DNA of 59,631 nucleotides from a virus (Duplodnaviria; Heunggongvirae; Uroviricota; Caudoviricetes), in the IMG/VR virus record IMGVR_UViG_3300042991_000725, positions 1 to 59,631 of that record. One strand, given 5' to 3'. Shown piece after piece: positions 1-9,400 of the stretch (position 1 is the first letter of the stretch; every line of letters begins with the position of its first letter). The position numbers and the translations under genes are program-made. The notes beneath the pieces are model-generated. The model searched no databases and had not been told where the DNA came from. It saw only the letters and a list, made by a program, of their open reading frames with translations.

Positions 1-330
1 GGTTATGACGCAGCAAAAACAGCCGCGCAAGCTGGCGACGCAATGACGCTTATTGCAGGTTATGACGCAGCAAAAACAGCCGCGCAAGCTGGCGACGCAA
101 TGACGCTTATTGCAGGTTATGACGCAGCAAAAACAGCCGCGCAAGCTGGCGACGCAATGACGCTTATTGCAGGTTATGACGCAGCAAAAACAGCCGCGCA
201 AGCTGGCGACGCAATGACGCTTATTGCGGGTTATGACGCAGCAAAAACAGCCGCGCAAGCTGGCGACGCAATGACGCTTACCGTAGGTTATGACGCAGCA
301 AAAACAGCCTCGCAAGCTGGCGACGAAATG
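1..330 (+). repeat. 57-bp tandem repeat (19-aa unit GYDAAKTAAQAGDAMTLIA), about 5.8 copies, truncated at window start
   Basis: Units begin at 1, 58, 115, 172, 229 and 286; the first four are nearly identical in DNA, the last two diverge. Confidence 0.97.
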
Positions 331-501
331 GACTTGGTAGATTCCCCAAACTCAAAGGCAATTGCTCTAATCAAAGTCGGTGCGCCAAAAGTTGTTGCTT
401 CTGCAGACGGGAAAACTCTCACTCTTAAGACTGCAGGAGATGTAACTATTGCCACGCTTACTACAGCAGACAGTCTTACTTGGACATTAACGGTGGTATA
501 A
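1..501 (+). CDS. 3' part of a repeat-containing virion structural protein (5' end outside window)
   Basis: Open frame from base 1 to TAA at 501; 19-aa repeats then a beta-rich tail; sits directly upstream of neck genes. Confidence 0.75.
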   Translation, partial: GYDAAKTAAQAGDAMTLIAGYDAAKTAAQAGDAMTLIAGYDAAKTAAQAGDAMTLIAGYDAAKTAAQAGDAMTLIAGYDAAKTAAQAGDAMTLTVGYDAAKTASQAGDEMDLVDSPNSKAIALIKVGAPKVVASADGKTLTLKTAGDVTIATLTTADSLTWTLTVV

Positions 502-1506
502 ATGAGTGTAAATACTACAAAACCCAATGCGCTTGCATTTGTTAGTGGCGGTCTATACAATGACGTTGCCGCACTGGATGCTGCCGACTATACAACAACA
601 GAAGCCTCAAGAAACACAGATATGGCGGCTGCTGTAGTGCAAAATGCTTACGCCTATATTACAAGGGGGGTGTCAAGAACCGGCACATTGTCTGGTGGAG
701 GGTCTTCTCCATCTACTCCGACGATTTCTATAGATTCGTCTACCGGGACTGTAACTATAACAGGGACTGATGCTGGGACAACAAATACCCTGTATTACAA
801 GTCGGCGTCTACTGCTGCGTGGACGAGTGGCGGGACCAGAACTGGCAACGGAATAATAGCAAGGCCGTCTGGGTTGTCTAATTATACCGCCTATTATTTT
901 GTTGTAGTTTCTGTATTGGGGAACTGTTCGTCTATGGTTTCAAATTTGGTTACATATTCAATTACTACATGTACATTGCCAAGTGCTGGTACGTATGTGA
1001 CCGACGAAATTGTTGAAACATATCAGGATGCTATTGATGCGCTTATTTCAGATATGGGGAGAACAGTTACTTTGAACATGCTGCCATCTGTTATTAAGTG
1101 TCCAAATTGTATATTGGAGAGAGTGGGACAAAAATGGAAGTCGCTTGGCAGATACAACCCTTCAAATCCTAATCCAGTTGGGGGGGCTCTTAATAAAATA
1201 TTTGTAGAGGGTGTGTGTCCGGTATGCAGTGGGTCTGCTACCATTGCCACAGTACAGACTCACGAACTTAAAGGATTGATACAATGGGGTCCAAAAGAAA
1301 TTGAGTCCGATATTGAAGGGCGGAATTTAATCAATATTTGTAGAGTCAAGTGTCTGCAGTCGTGTCATGAATCTTACATAATGAAGTGTATTGAAGCTGT
1401 TGTTGATGGGATCAGGGTCAAGCTTTGGAAGGTTCCGTCTAAACGGGGGATTAGAGATATTCGTTATATCAACAGTTATTGGGAACGTATAGACAACAAT
1501 GGCTAG
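502..1506 (+). CDS. Head-completion/neck protein with N-terminal FN3/Ig-like domain and CxxC...CxxC insert
   Basis: Thr/Ser-rich segment with PSGLSNYTAYYFVVVSV (FN3-like); C-terminal head-closure-like region with KCPNC and CPVC; gene position. Confidence 0.55.
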   Translation: MSVNTTKPNALAFVSGGLYNDVAALDAADYTTTEASRNTDMAAAVVQNAYAYITRGVSRTGTLSGGGSSPSTPTISIDSSTGTVTITGTDAGTTNTLYYKSASTAAWTSGGTRTGNGIIARPSGLSNYTAYYFVVVSVLGNCSSMVSNLVTYSITTCTLPSAGTYVTDEIVETYQDAIDALISDMGRTVTLNMLPSVIKCPNCILERVGQKWKSLGRYNPSNPNPVGGALNKIFVEGVCPVCSGSATIATVQTHELKGLIQWGPKEIESDIEGRNLINICRVKCLQSCHESYIMKCIEAVVDGIRVKLWKVPSKRGIRDIRYINSYWERIDNNG

Positions 1507-2167
1507 ACCAAAAACTGTTTTTGGGAGTGTCAAGCTTATAAACCGAAGTAAGTTGCGCAAAATATTGACTGATGAACAGGCTAGAAAGATTTTGTCAGTT
1601 TTGGTTCGTGATATTATAGATTGGGAAATTGAATTGAAACCGTATATACTTGGGCTGGTTCAAAGATCTACCGGATATGAGTGGATAGCCACAGAAGAAG
1701 GGATTGGCCAATTGGGTCTTGAGCCAGATATAGACGCACAAGATGTTGTTGGCAATATTATCAAACAGGACAAAATTACTGTAACTATGAACAACACAAA
1801 GGCGGTTATGCATTGGGGGGATTACAGTATATTGTATGGCCCGTTGACTATTCATAATCTAACTAGAGGCGACCAGCTCGGCAAAGACGTTTCGTGGGTG
1901 AAGTGGGTGGACGAAGGAGACATTAATATCAGCGGTTATCATGTTGGAAAGAATGTTTATTATGGAGCAAGACCCGCTGGACGCGCAGAGCTTGGTTATA
2001 TCATGGGTAAGGGCGGGTTTTGGAAGATTAGGCCAAGGCAATTTATTACGGAAACAATACAACACAGCATTGACAGAATAAGATATAAAATGAAAATCAT
2101 TATTAATGCTTACTGGCGTTCTGTCGTAGGTGGTAGAGCTGCACGTATAGCTTTGACGGGGAGATAA
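1499..2167 (+). CDS. Putative neck/tail-completion protein (HK97 gp10-like position)
   Basis: Basic C-terminus (IRPRQFITETI) and position between head-closure and terminator-like genes. Confidence 0.45.
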   Translation: MARPKTVFGSVKLINRSKLRKILTDEQARKILSVLVRDIIDWEIELKPYILGLVQRSTGYEWIATEEGIGQLGLEPDIDAQDVVGNIIKQDKITVTMNNTKAVMHWGDYSILYGPLTIHNLTRGDQLGKDVSWVKWVDEGDINISGYHVGKNVYYGARPAGRAELGYIMGKGGFWKIRPRQFITETIQHSIDRIRYKMKIIINAYWRSVVGGRAARIALTGR

Positions 2168-3042
2168 TGGCCACTATAAAACTGACAAATCAGATTTTGT
2201 ATAATCTTCAAGTTTATCTGGATAGGATGTTTTTGGAAAATGGCTATTATTATCCAGTTTCTCGCGGAGAGCTTCGTGGGACTTTGGATATGAGCCAACT
2301 TGAAGGGCAAACTGGCCTTAGCGAATATGACGATTATGCTGTATGGCAAAGTGCATTTAAACCTTGGGTTTATGAGGGTGGCGTCGATACCCCGTCTGGT
2401 CAGGCGGCAATTATGGCTCCATCGGGAGTATGGATAGATGATGTTTTTACAGATACAGGGTTGCATTACGATTATAACGGCGGCCGTGTTATTTTCGATG
2501 CTGCATTGGACGGCGATGAAACTGTTCAAATAGCAGGAATGACATTTAAGCAAATCTATGTGAATTTTCCAGAAACAGATCTTAGCTTATTGGATAAGAC
2601 ACAGCTAAAGAATCAAGACAATGTAAGCGATTTGGTTACATATCCATCTTCTCATCAGATTCAGCCTCCTGCTGTTTATATTGATTGGTTTGGAGACTGG
2701 ACACAGCCTTATCAGCTCGGTGGTGGGCTACAGCATGTTCAGAAGCTTTATCTGCACGTTTTTGCTGAGGATATGTTTATAGTTAATGATATTCTAGACA
2801 TCTTAATGAACAAGCGTCATACTGGGTTCACCATGGCCAATTGGAACACCATTCCTGAGCGTTTTGATGTATATGGTGATTTGGCAAGTACTTATAAAGA
2901 ATATTCGTATTTGCAGACCAATTATGCATACAAAAAGCTATATTTTGACAATGTTGCAATAAAAAAGATTTCTATCGATGGCCCATTAAAGAGGGCTTTG
3001 GTCGAAATGGAAACGCTGGCTTATGTGGCGTCTGCAGAATAG
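2167..3042 (+). CDS. Putative tail terminator/completion protein
   Basis: Directly upstream of tail tube gene; PPAVYID...QLGGG...LHVFA pattern typical of tail terminators. Confidence 0.5.
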   Translation: MATIKLTNQILYNLQVYLDRMFLENGYYYPVSRGELRGTLDMSQLEGQTGLSEYDDYAVWQSAFKPWVYEGGVDTPSGQAAIMAPSGVWIDDVFTDTGLHYDYNGGRVIFDAALDGDETVQIAGMTFKQIYVNFPETDLSLLDKTQLKNQDNVSDLVTYPSSHQIQPPAVYIDWFGDWTQPYQLGGGLQHVQKLYLHVFAEDMFIVNDILDILMNKRHTGFTMANWNTIPERFDVYGDLASTYKEYSYLQTNYAYKKLYFDNVAIKKISIDGPLKRALVEMETLAYVASAE

Positions 3043-3057
3043 AAAGGGTTCTTTTTA

Positions 3058-3069
3058 GGTGTATATTAG
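3058..3069 (+). promoter_or_regulatory. Candidate late promoter motif GGTGTATATTAG
   Basis: Intergenic, upstream of the tail tube gene; identical 12-mer in the intergenic gap at 14056. Confidence 0.5.
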
Positions 3070-3165
3070 AATAGAAGTTCTTGTACTTTGTAGTTCATAG
3101 TGTTAAGTTGAAAAGAACACAATTTTTTAGAATTATCTTAAAAGTAATTTATAGGAGGAGTTATA

Positions 3166-4275
3166 ATGGCGACTAATTCACGTTGTTTTTATGCGATCGA
3201 GTCAGTCAATATCGCCAGCTATGTGAAAGGGGCGAATCCGACAGGGTCTCAGATTTATGCCCCTCGTGGCGTGCAGTCGGCCTCAATAGACACTACATTC
3301 AATCTGGATCAAGTATTTGAGCTTGGTCAGTTGAGTCTTTATGATCAGCCGGAGCTTCAACCTGATGTAAGCGTTTCTGTGACGAAGGTTCTTGACGGCA
3401 CAATGCCTATTTATTTCATGGCAACAGACACAACCAAAAACTCTCTCAATGATTGTAATTCTAATAGACAAAGCCTTCTTTGGATGAACATATATCCTGA
3501 CACTCAGTCGGCGGCGTCTGGTACACAGCTTCAGTCTGTTATGTGTTCGGGCGTATATCTGGCTGATATTAGCTATACTTTCCCGGTAGACGGCAACTTT
3601 ACTGAAGAGCTGACGTTCGTTGGAAATGATAAATTCTGGTATGGAAAGAATATCGCTAATGGCAACGAGCCCGGAACTTATTCGTTTACGGTCCCTGCCG
3701 GCGATTTCGACAACACTGACGATGCGACTGTTATTGGTTCTGGCGTACAGCGCAGAGAGAATCTTAAGACTGAACAGTGCACATTCCCAACAATTATCCC
3801 GGGTATGACAGCGGTCAATGCGGCTACTACGCACACTGCGGCACAAGCAGCATTTGATGAGCATGTCCAGTCTATTTCGGTTTCGTGCAGCCTTGGCCGC
3901 GAAGACATCTTCCAGCTCGGTCAGAAATTGGCGTTCTACAAGTACATGACGTTCCCGATTGAAGTTACCACAACCTTTGAGTGTATTACTTCTGAGGCTG
4001 ATCAGATTAGCGCCGACTCTGCTTATGACAACTTGACGAATGAAACCATCAAGATCATTACCGATGATGGCTTCTGCATTGATTTGAGCAACAAGAACAA
4101 GCTGACCAGTGTTGCACTTGGTGGTGGAGATACTGGCGGCGGTAACTCAAGTACTACTTATACGTTCCGTAACTTCAACGACTTGCTTATATATCCTGTT
4201 GATGCCGATGGCGTTAGACAGACAGTGGCTGCGCACTCTTATAATACGATTGTTCAAAACGGCACTGTAGCGTGA
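3166..4275 (+). CDS. Major tail tube protein
   Basis: Strong SD (AGGAGGAG); beta-rich FELGQL and FQLGQK internal duplicate motifs; position before chaperones and TMP. Confidence 0.8.
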   Translation: MATNSRCFYAIESVNIASYVKGANPTGSQIYAPRGVQSASIDTTFNLDQVFELGQLSLYDQPELQPDVSVSVTKVLDGTMPIYFMATDTTKNSLNDCNSNRQSLLWMNIYPDTQSAASGTQLQSVMCSGVYLADISYTFPVDGNFTEELTFVGNDKFWYGKNIANGNEPGTYSFTVPAGDFDNTDDATVIGSGVQRRENLKTEQCTFPTIIPGMTAVNAATTHTAAQAAFDEHVQSISVSCSLGREDIFQLGQKLAFYKYMTFPIEVTTTFECITSEADQISADSAYDNLTNETIKIITDDGFCIDLSNKNKLTSVALGGGDTGGGNSSTTYTFRNFNDLLIYPVDADGVRQTVAAHSYNTIVQNGTVA

Positions 4276-4326
4276 CATAGTCGCGGTGGAAGAACCCTAT
4301 TGTTTTAATCTTTTTGTGAGGCGTAT

Positions 4327-5382
4327 ATGGGCGAAGATGGAAGTAGAGTTATCAATGCTCTCTTGGTTGGACAAATACCATTCGAAGTCAACCATGAGGG
4401 CTTTTTTTTTAGATTACTTAGTGCAAAAGACAGGGGAGTAATTAATCAAAAACTTGAGTTGGTGAAGAAGACGTTGAAGACGCAAGGGGCCATGTCTGAA
4501 GAGGAAATGCTTGTAGAGAATGTCAGGCGTGCCCTGTGGAGCGACTTGAAGGAAAGACAGTTTCAAGAACTTCCGAAGAAATTAGAGCAAATGAAGAAGT
4601 CAATAACATCTACTGGTGAGTTTTATGCCAGACGTGAACGTAGGATGATAGAGCGGTTGATAGCAAAGGCCGAAGAGACATTTGGCGAGATAAGTAAAGA
4701 CAGAGAATTGTATACTGCTCATTCGATAGAACGCTTTGTAGAAACGGAGAGAATAAAGCTTATTGCTGCCTATGCGATATATACAGGCGACAGACGCTAC
4801 TATAAATCTGAAGCTGAGGTAATATATGACGAGTTGACCGAAAATATAATAAAGAATATAAATGAAATATTGGGGATCTTTACTGTTGCGTCGATTCGCA
4901 ACGTTGCCAGAGATTCTTTTTGGTTTACAATGTATCTGAACGGGGGGAAGACTGCAGAGGGTGTTTGGGGGAAACCCACCATAGAACTGTCAGACGAGCA
5001 AATTCTTCTGCTTTATTGGACTAGGCAGTATGAAGCCATTTATAATGATACAGACTGTCCTCCAGATTTTGTTATAAATAATGATGAACAGTTAGATAAG
5101 TGGCTTGAGCAGCGCAAAGAAAAGAACGAGGTTGAGAAGAGGAAGGGCAAATACCCTGTGACAAAAAAGGCCAATATGAAAGTCGGCGCAACTCCATTTG
5201 ATCGTAGTGAAGTGTTTATTATGGCTGACAAAGATAAGGCTGGCGACATATATAAAATGAATGATAGGGCTATGCGTATTAGGATAGGAGGAGAGCAGAA
5301 AAAAATAGCCGAAAAAGGAACTCTTTCTGAATATGATTTGCGTGTAAAGGGCGGTCCAAAGGTAGAAATAATTAGTAAATAA
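4327..5382 (+). CDS. Putative tail assembly chaperone (long form)
   Basis: Helical, charged, between tail tube and TMP; N-terminal half resembles 5694..6416. Confidence 0.55.
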   Translation: MGEDGSRVINALLVGQIPFEVNHEGFFFRLLSAKDRGVINQKLELVKKTLKTQGAMSEEEMLVENVRRALWSDLKERQFQELPKKLEQMKKSITSTGEFYARRERRMIERLIAKAEETFGEISKDRELYTAHSIERFVETERIKLIAAYAIYTGDRRYYKSEAEVIYDELTENIIKNINEILGIFTVASIRNVARDSFWFTMYLNGGKTAEGVWGKPTIELSDEQILLLYWTRQYEAIYNDTDCPPDFVINNDEQLDKWLEQRKEKNEVEKRKGKYPVTKKANMKVGATPFDRSEVFIMADKDKAGDIYKMNDRAMRIRIGGEQKKIAEKGTLSEYDLRVKGGPKVEIISK

Positions 5383-5392
5383 TTCTTGGGAG

Positions 5393-5704
5393 GTGTTTAT
5401 GGATGATAAGAACGATTTGAATTTTGTGTTACAAAAAGCTATTAAGTCGATGTATGTGGATATTCTTAATGTGTGTGAAGATGTTTTTATAAATGAAATT
5501 GGGGCAGACAAGGAGAGGTGGGACAGAGTAAGGTCAAGGATTTTCGATATAGGGAATAATACGGCGAGGCGAGTCGGAGTTGTTGTTAATTGTTGCGATG
5601 TAAAACCAAAAATGACGCGGCAGACTTTTGTAAACGTGGATGGAAAATTAGTCAAGGTTCAAAACGGAACTGCTATTACAAGGGAGACTAAGGATGGAAA
5701 ATAA
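5393..5704 (+). CDS. Hypothetical protein
   Basis: ORF with SD GGAGG, tightly packed in operon. Confidence 0.7.
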   Translation: MFMDDKNDLNFVLQKAIKSMYVDILNVCEDVFINEIGADKERWDRVRSRIFDIGNNTARRVGVVVNCCDVKPKMTRQTFVNVDGKLVKVQNGTAITRETKDGK

Positions 5705-6416
5705 GACTGACAAGGTTATCGAGGTGCAAGGGAAGAAGTATCTGCTTCGCGGAATCAGTGGTAAGCTTATGGATGAGGCTTCGCGTGTAGAAAAAATCAC
5801 ATTTTCAAACGCCTTACGAGAAGGGGCATTGACCGTAGATGAGGCCACAAAGATTTTAAAGGACAGGAAGATTGTTGATTCTGATTCTGATTTTGAATAT
5901 ACCCAGAAGCTTTTAGAGATAAGTAAGCTTACTATTGAGCTTTCCAATGCCTCCGACACCATAAAGCCAGACATTTTTGCCAAGATTAGTAATGTTAGAA
6001 CAAGTCTAAATGAATACAATTTAAAAATATACAAACTGTTAAGCAACACGGCCGAACATATGGCAAAAGACGCCGCTGATGCATATCTTGCTTCTAAGAT
6101 TATTTGTGACGAAAAAGGTGTCGTTATTTTCAAGGATATTGAAGATTTAAAGACTAGGGCTGAGATTGAACCGTTGTCTTTAGTTTTTATGGATTCTCTT
6201 TATTTTATCAAGAATATACCAAAAGACTTTGAAGCTGAATATCCCGAAAACAAGTTAATGAAAGAGGCCGGTTTTGTTCTTGATCAAGAGGCAGAGCAGT
6301 GGACAAAGCCCGGCGTGCAGCTTGCAGATGTCCCGGCTGTAGGTGTTGAGGTGAAAGCGAAGCGAGGTCGTAAACGCAAGGTAGATATTGAAAATTCCAG
6401 TAATACGGAGAATTAG
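5694..6416 (+). CDS. Putative tail assembly chaperone
   Basis: Helical protein immediately upstream of TMP; apparent paralog of 4327..5382. Confidence 0.55.
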   Translation: MENKTDKVIEVQGKKYLLRGISGKLMDEASRVEKITFSNALREGALTVDEATKILKDRKIVDSDSDFEYTQKLLEISKLTIELSNASDTIKPDIFAKISNVRTSLNEYNLKIYKLLSNTAEHMAKDAADAYLASKIICDEKGVVIFKDIEDLKTRAEIEPLSLVFMDSLYFIKNIPKDFEAEYPENKLMKEAGFVLDQEAEQWTKPGVQLADVPAVGVEVKAKRGRKRKVDIENSSNTEN

Positions 6417-6432
6417 TCCGTAAGGAGTATTT

Positions 6433-9400
6433 ATGGCTTTTGGCGGCAATATTTTAGATATGCTCATTGTAGGGAAGGCTGACCATCAGTCTTTTTATAG
6501 TGAGGGGCTAAGGGCTGGCCAGACGGCCCAAAAAGGTATTAATAAGGGCATGGCGAGTGCCGCAGGTGCCGCTGACAATTCTATTGTTCCTATGAACAAG
6601 CAGTATAGAGACTTGGCTGTTGGTGCGAAAAGAGCCGAAGATGCCACTATGAGTTTTGCAGATTCTCTAAAAATAGTTGGTCGGCGTCTTGTCATATATA
6701 CTGTTGCTGTCCAAGCTATAAACGCGCTTACTAATTCGATCACTGCCAGCGTAGGGGCAATGAAAGAATTTGAAACTGAAATGTTAAAAGTTACGAAAGT
6801 CATGTCTATAAGCAAAGAAGAGGCGTTGAGTCTTGGCAAGGAAATTATGAAGTCGGCTGATGATTACGCTGTAAGTGTGGGTACGGCATCTAAGGCTGCT
6901 CAGGTTTGGGCTCAGCAGGGCTTTAGTGCGACAGAGACTGCGAGATTAACAGCTGAATCTCTCAAATTGACGAAAATATCTACACTTGATGCTGCCGAAG
7001 CCACTGAAGTTTTAACCGCAATAATGCAGCAGTTTAATATCCCTGTTAATAAACTTTCTGTTTCTATCGACGTGATGAACGAAGTGGCGGATCAGTTTGC
7101 AGTTACCGAAGAAGACATGGCTGAAGCTTTGCGTCGGGGTGGTTCTGCAGCTGTTGCAGCCGGTGTTAATTTTGAACAATATTTGGCTATGGTAACGGCT
7201 GCGCAGGAGCAAACACGACTTGGTGGCAAGATTATTGGTAACGCGCTCAAGTCTATTTCGGCGAAAGTCTATAGGCCGAAAGCGATTGATGTTCTTGAAC
7301 AAATTGCCGAGGTCCAAGTGTCTCTTGGCGATGGCAAGTTACGCCCTGTATTTAATATTTTATCGGACTTGGCATCTAAGTGGGATGAATTTACAGATAT
7401 CCAACGTCAAAACATAAGTAATACGGTTGCTGGAATCCACCAATATAATGTATTTAATGCATTGCTTCAGAATTTTGCAAAAACACAAGAAGTACTTAGT
7501 GCTGCAACCGGGGCTTCTGGTTCTGCACAAAGAGAGTTGAATAAAGTTACTACAGATCTTACTTCAAAATGGGAGAGGCTAAAGAATTCTTTGTATGAAT
7601 TCGCCGTTTCTGTTGGTGAAAGTGGATTGCTCACAATTATTAAAAGCATGGTTGATGGCCTCACTGCATTAACAAAAACAATCACTGCCCTTGATGTCGA
7701 TAAGTTGCTTTTGATTACATCAGTTGGAGGATTGGCGGTTCGTTTTGGAGGAAGGTTTTTAGCTCCGGTTACTAAAGCTACGCCAGCGGCTTATGGGAGT
7801 CTTGCCCCGAAGCAGAGTGGCTCATTTTTCCAAGCAGTAGCTTTTGAGCGTTCGGCAATGGCCAAACAGGGTGCTCATGGCAATATTTATTCAGCAACTA
7901 GGGGCTCTTCTGGCATTTCTGGTGTTCGTAAGGTAAGCAGTTATGCTGGTGGCAATATTATATTTAATGGTGCAGAGCATGTAAGTTCGGCGGGTGGTAT
8001 TGTAGATGCCGTTACAACTAGAAAATTGGGTTTGGCCAAGTTTGACAGTGCGGCTGCAGGGAAAGGTGCTGATATTACATCACTTATTAGAACGTCTGAT
8101 ATTCAGGCCGCATATAAAGTTGTGGGAATAAAGAAGGGGATATTGTCTGCATTAGACGATGAGTCTATGGCTGTTATCAAAGTTAACAAACAATTGCAGT
8201 CGTATCAAAAGCGTATTACTGACGGCTATTCCGAAATAGAATCTTTGACCAAGCTTGCTGTTAAAAAAGAAGAACAAATTGCGTCTTATCAAGACAGGGT
8301 TGCATATATAAAAAGTAAGCCGATGAGAACATTTAGAGAAGAGTCTCAGATAAAAGAGGATATGGGTAGGGCTATAACTCGTAAAAAAGAACTTGAAGCT
8401 GGCAATTTAAGGACCGCGGTATTAAATAAGCAGATTCCTATTCTTGAACAAGAGCAGTCTTCTATAAAAGAGAAAATTACCAATGAGACTGTTAAGAATA
8501 CCCAAAAGAGGGTAAAAAATGAATTTAGGCTGGCGGAGAAAGAATCTGTTGCTGCCAACAAAGCCGTTACTGAACAGCATAAGTTTGAAGATCAGCGTAT
8601 TCGCGAACAATTTAAAGCAGCGAAGATGAATGCATCGTTTATGGCCGATAGGCAGGTTGCTGTTAATCGAGCGTCTGTGGCCACATTGCCATATACGCCG
8701 TCTCCATATAGTTTTCAAGGGATGGCCTATAATGCGACTAATCGCTTAGACAAATCAATTGGATACAGACCGTCCAATACATATAGTGGCAGATTTGAGC
8801 GTAGATTTGGATCTTCAGTGGCTGGTGGGCTTGGTGGTGTTGGCGGATTTTTAGGCAGACACCCCATGTATGGCGTTGGCCAATTGGCCGGTTGGACTGG
8901 TAGAACTGCCGGAAATGTTGTTGGCGGTGCCGCATCAAGAGTAGGCTCTGTTCTTGGGCGTGGCGCAGGTGCCGTTGGAGCATCTGCTAGGGAGTTTTCA
9001 AAATTTAATTTACGTGGTGGATTAAACAAGTTGGGCATCGAGGGTGTTGGATTAAGAAGACAAGTATCTAGCCCCGGTCTAGCCATTGGCGGGACTATCG
9101 CTGCCTTTACTGCCGCTGAAAAAATAACAGACTATGCTAATGAGTCGGCTCCTGAATTAAAAGTTCTTGGAACGGCTGCGACTGCTGCCGCTACTGCATT
9201 TTCTCTAACTTTGAACCCGGCTATAGGCTTGTTGGCCGGCGCCGCCGTTCTTGCTGGTGATCAAATTATCAAGATGATTGATAAGCGTGAAAAGGTAGAC
9301 ACTACCGTATATGATGTTGGCAAAAAGAAGGCCAAAGAAATACAGATAAAGCGTTCCAAGGATATACAAGAAGCAATTGCTGGGGTAACTGGAGGCAAGG

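Noticed and set aside
1-330. Ice-nucleation protein (AGY repeats) or CRISPR array
   Set aside because: The unit is 19 aa, not the 8/16/48-residue AGYGST periodicity; the repeats are contiguous and coding, with no spacers.
5092-6133. Long antisense ORFs (5092..5655, 5648..6133 and similar ones opposite other genes)
   Set aside because: They lie opposite well-supported genes, lack SD sites and motifs, and look like shadow frames.
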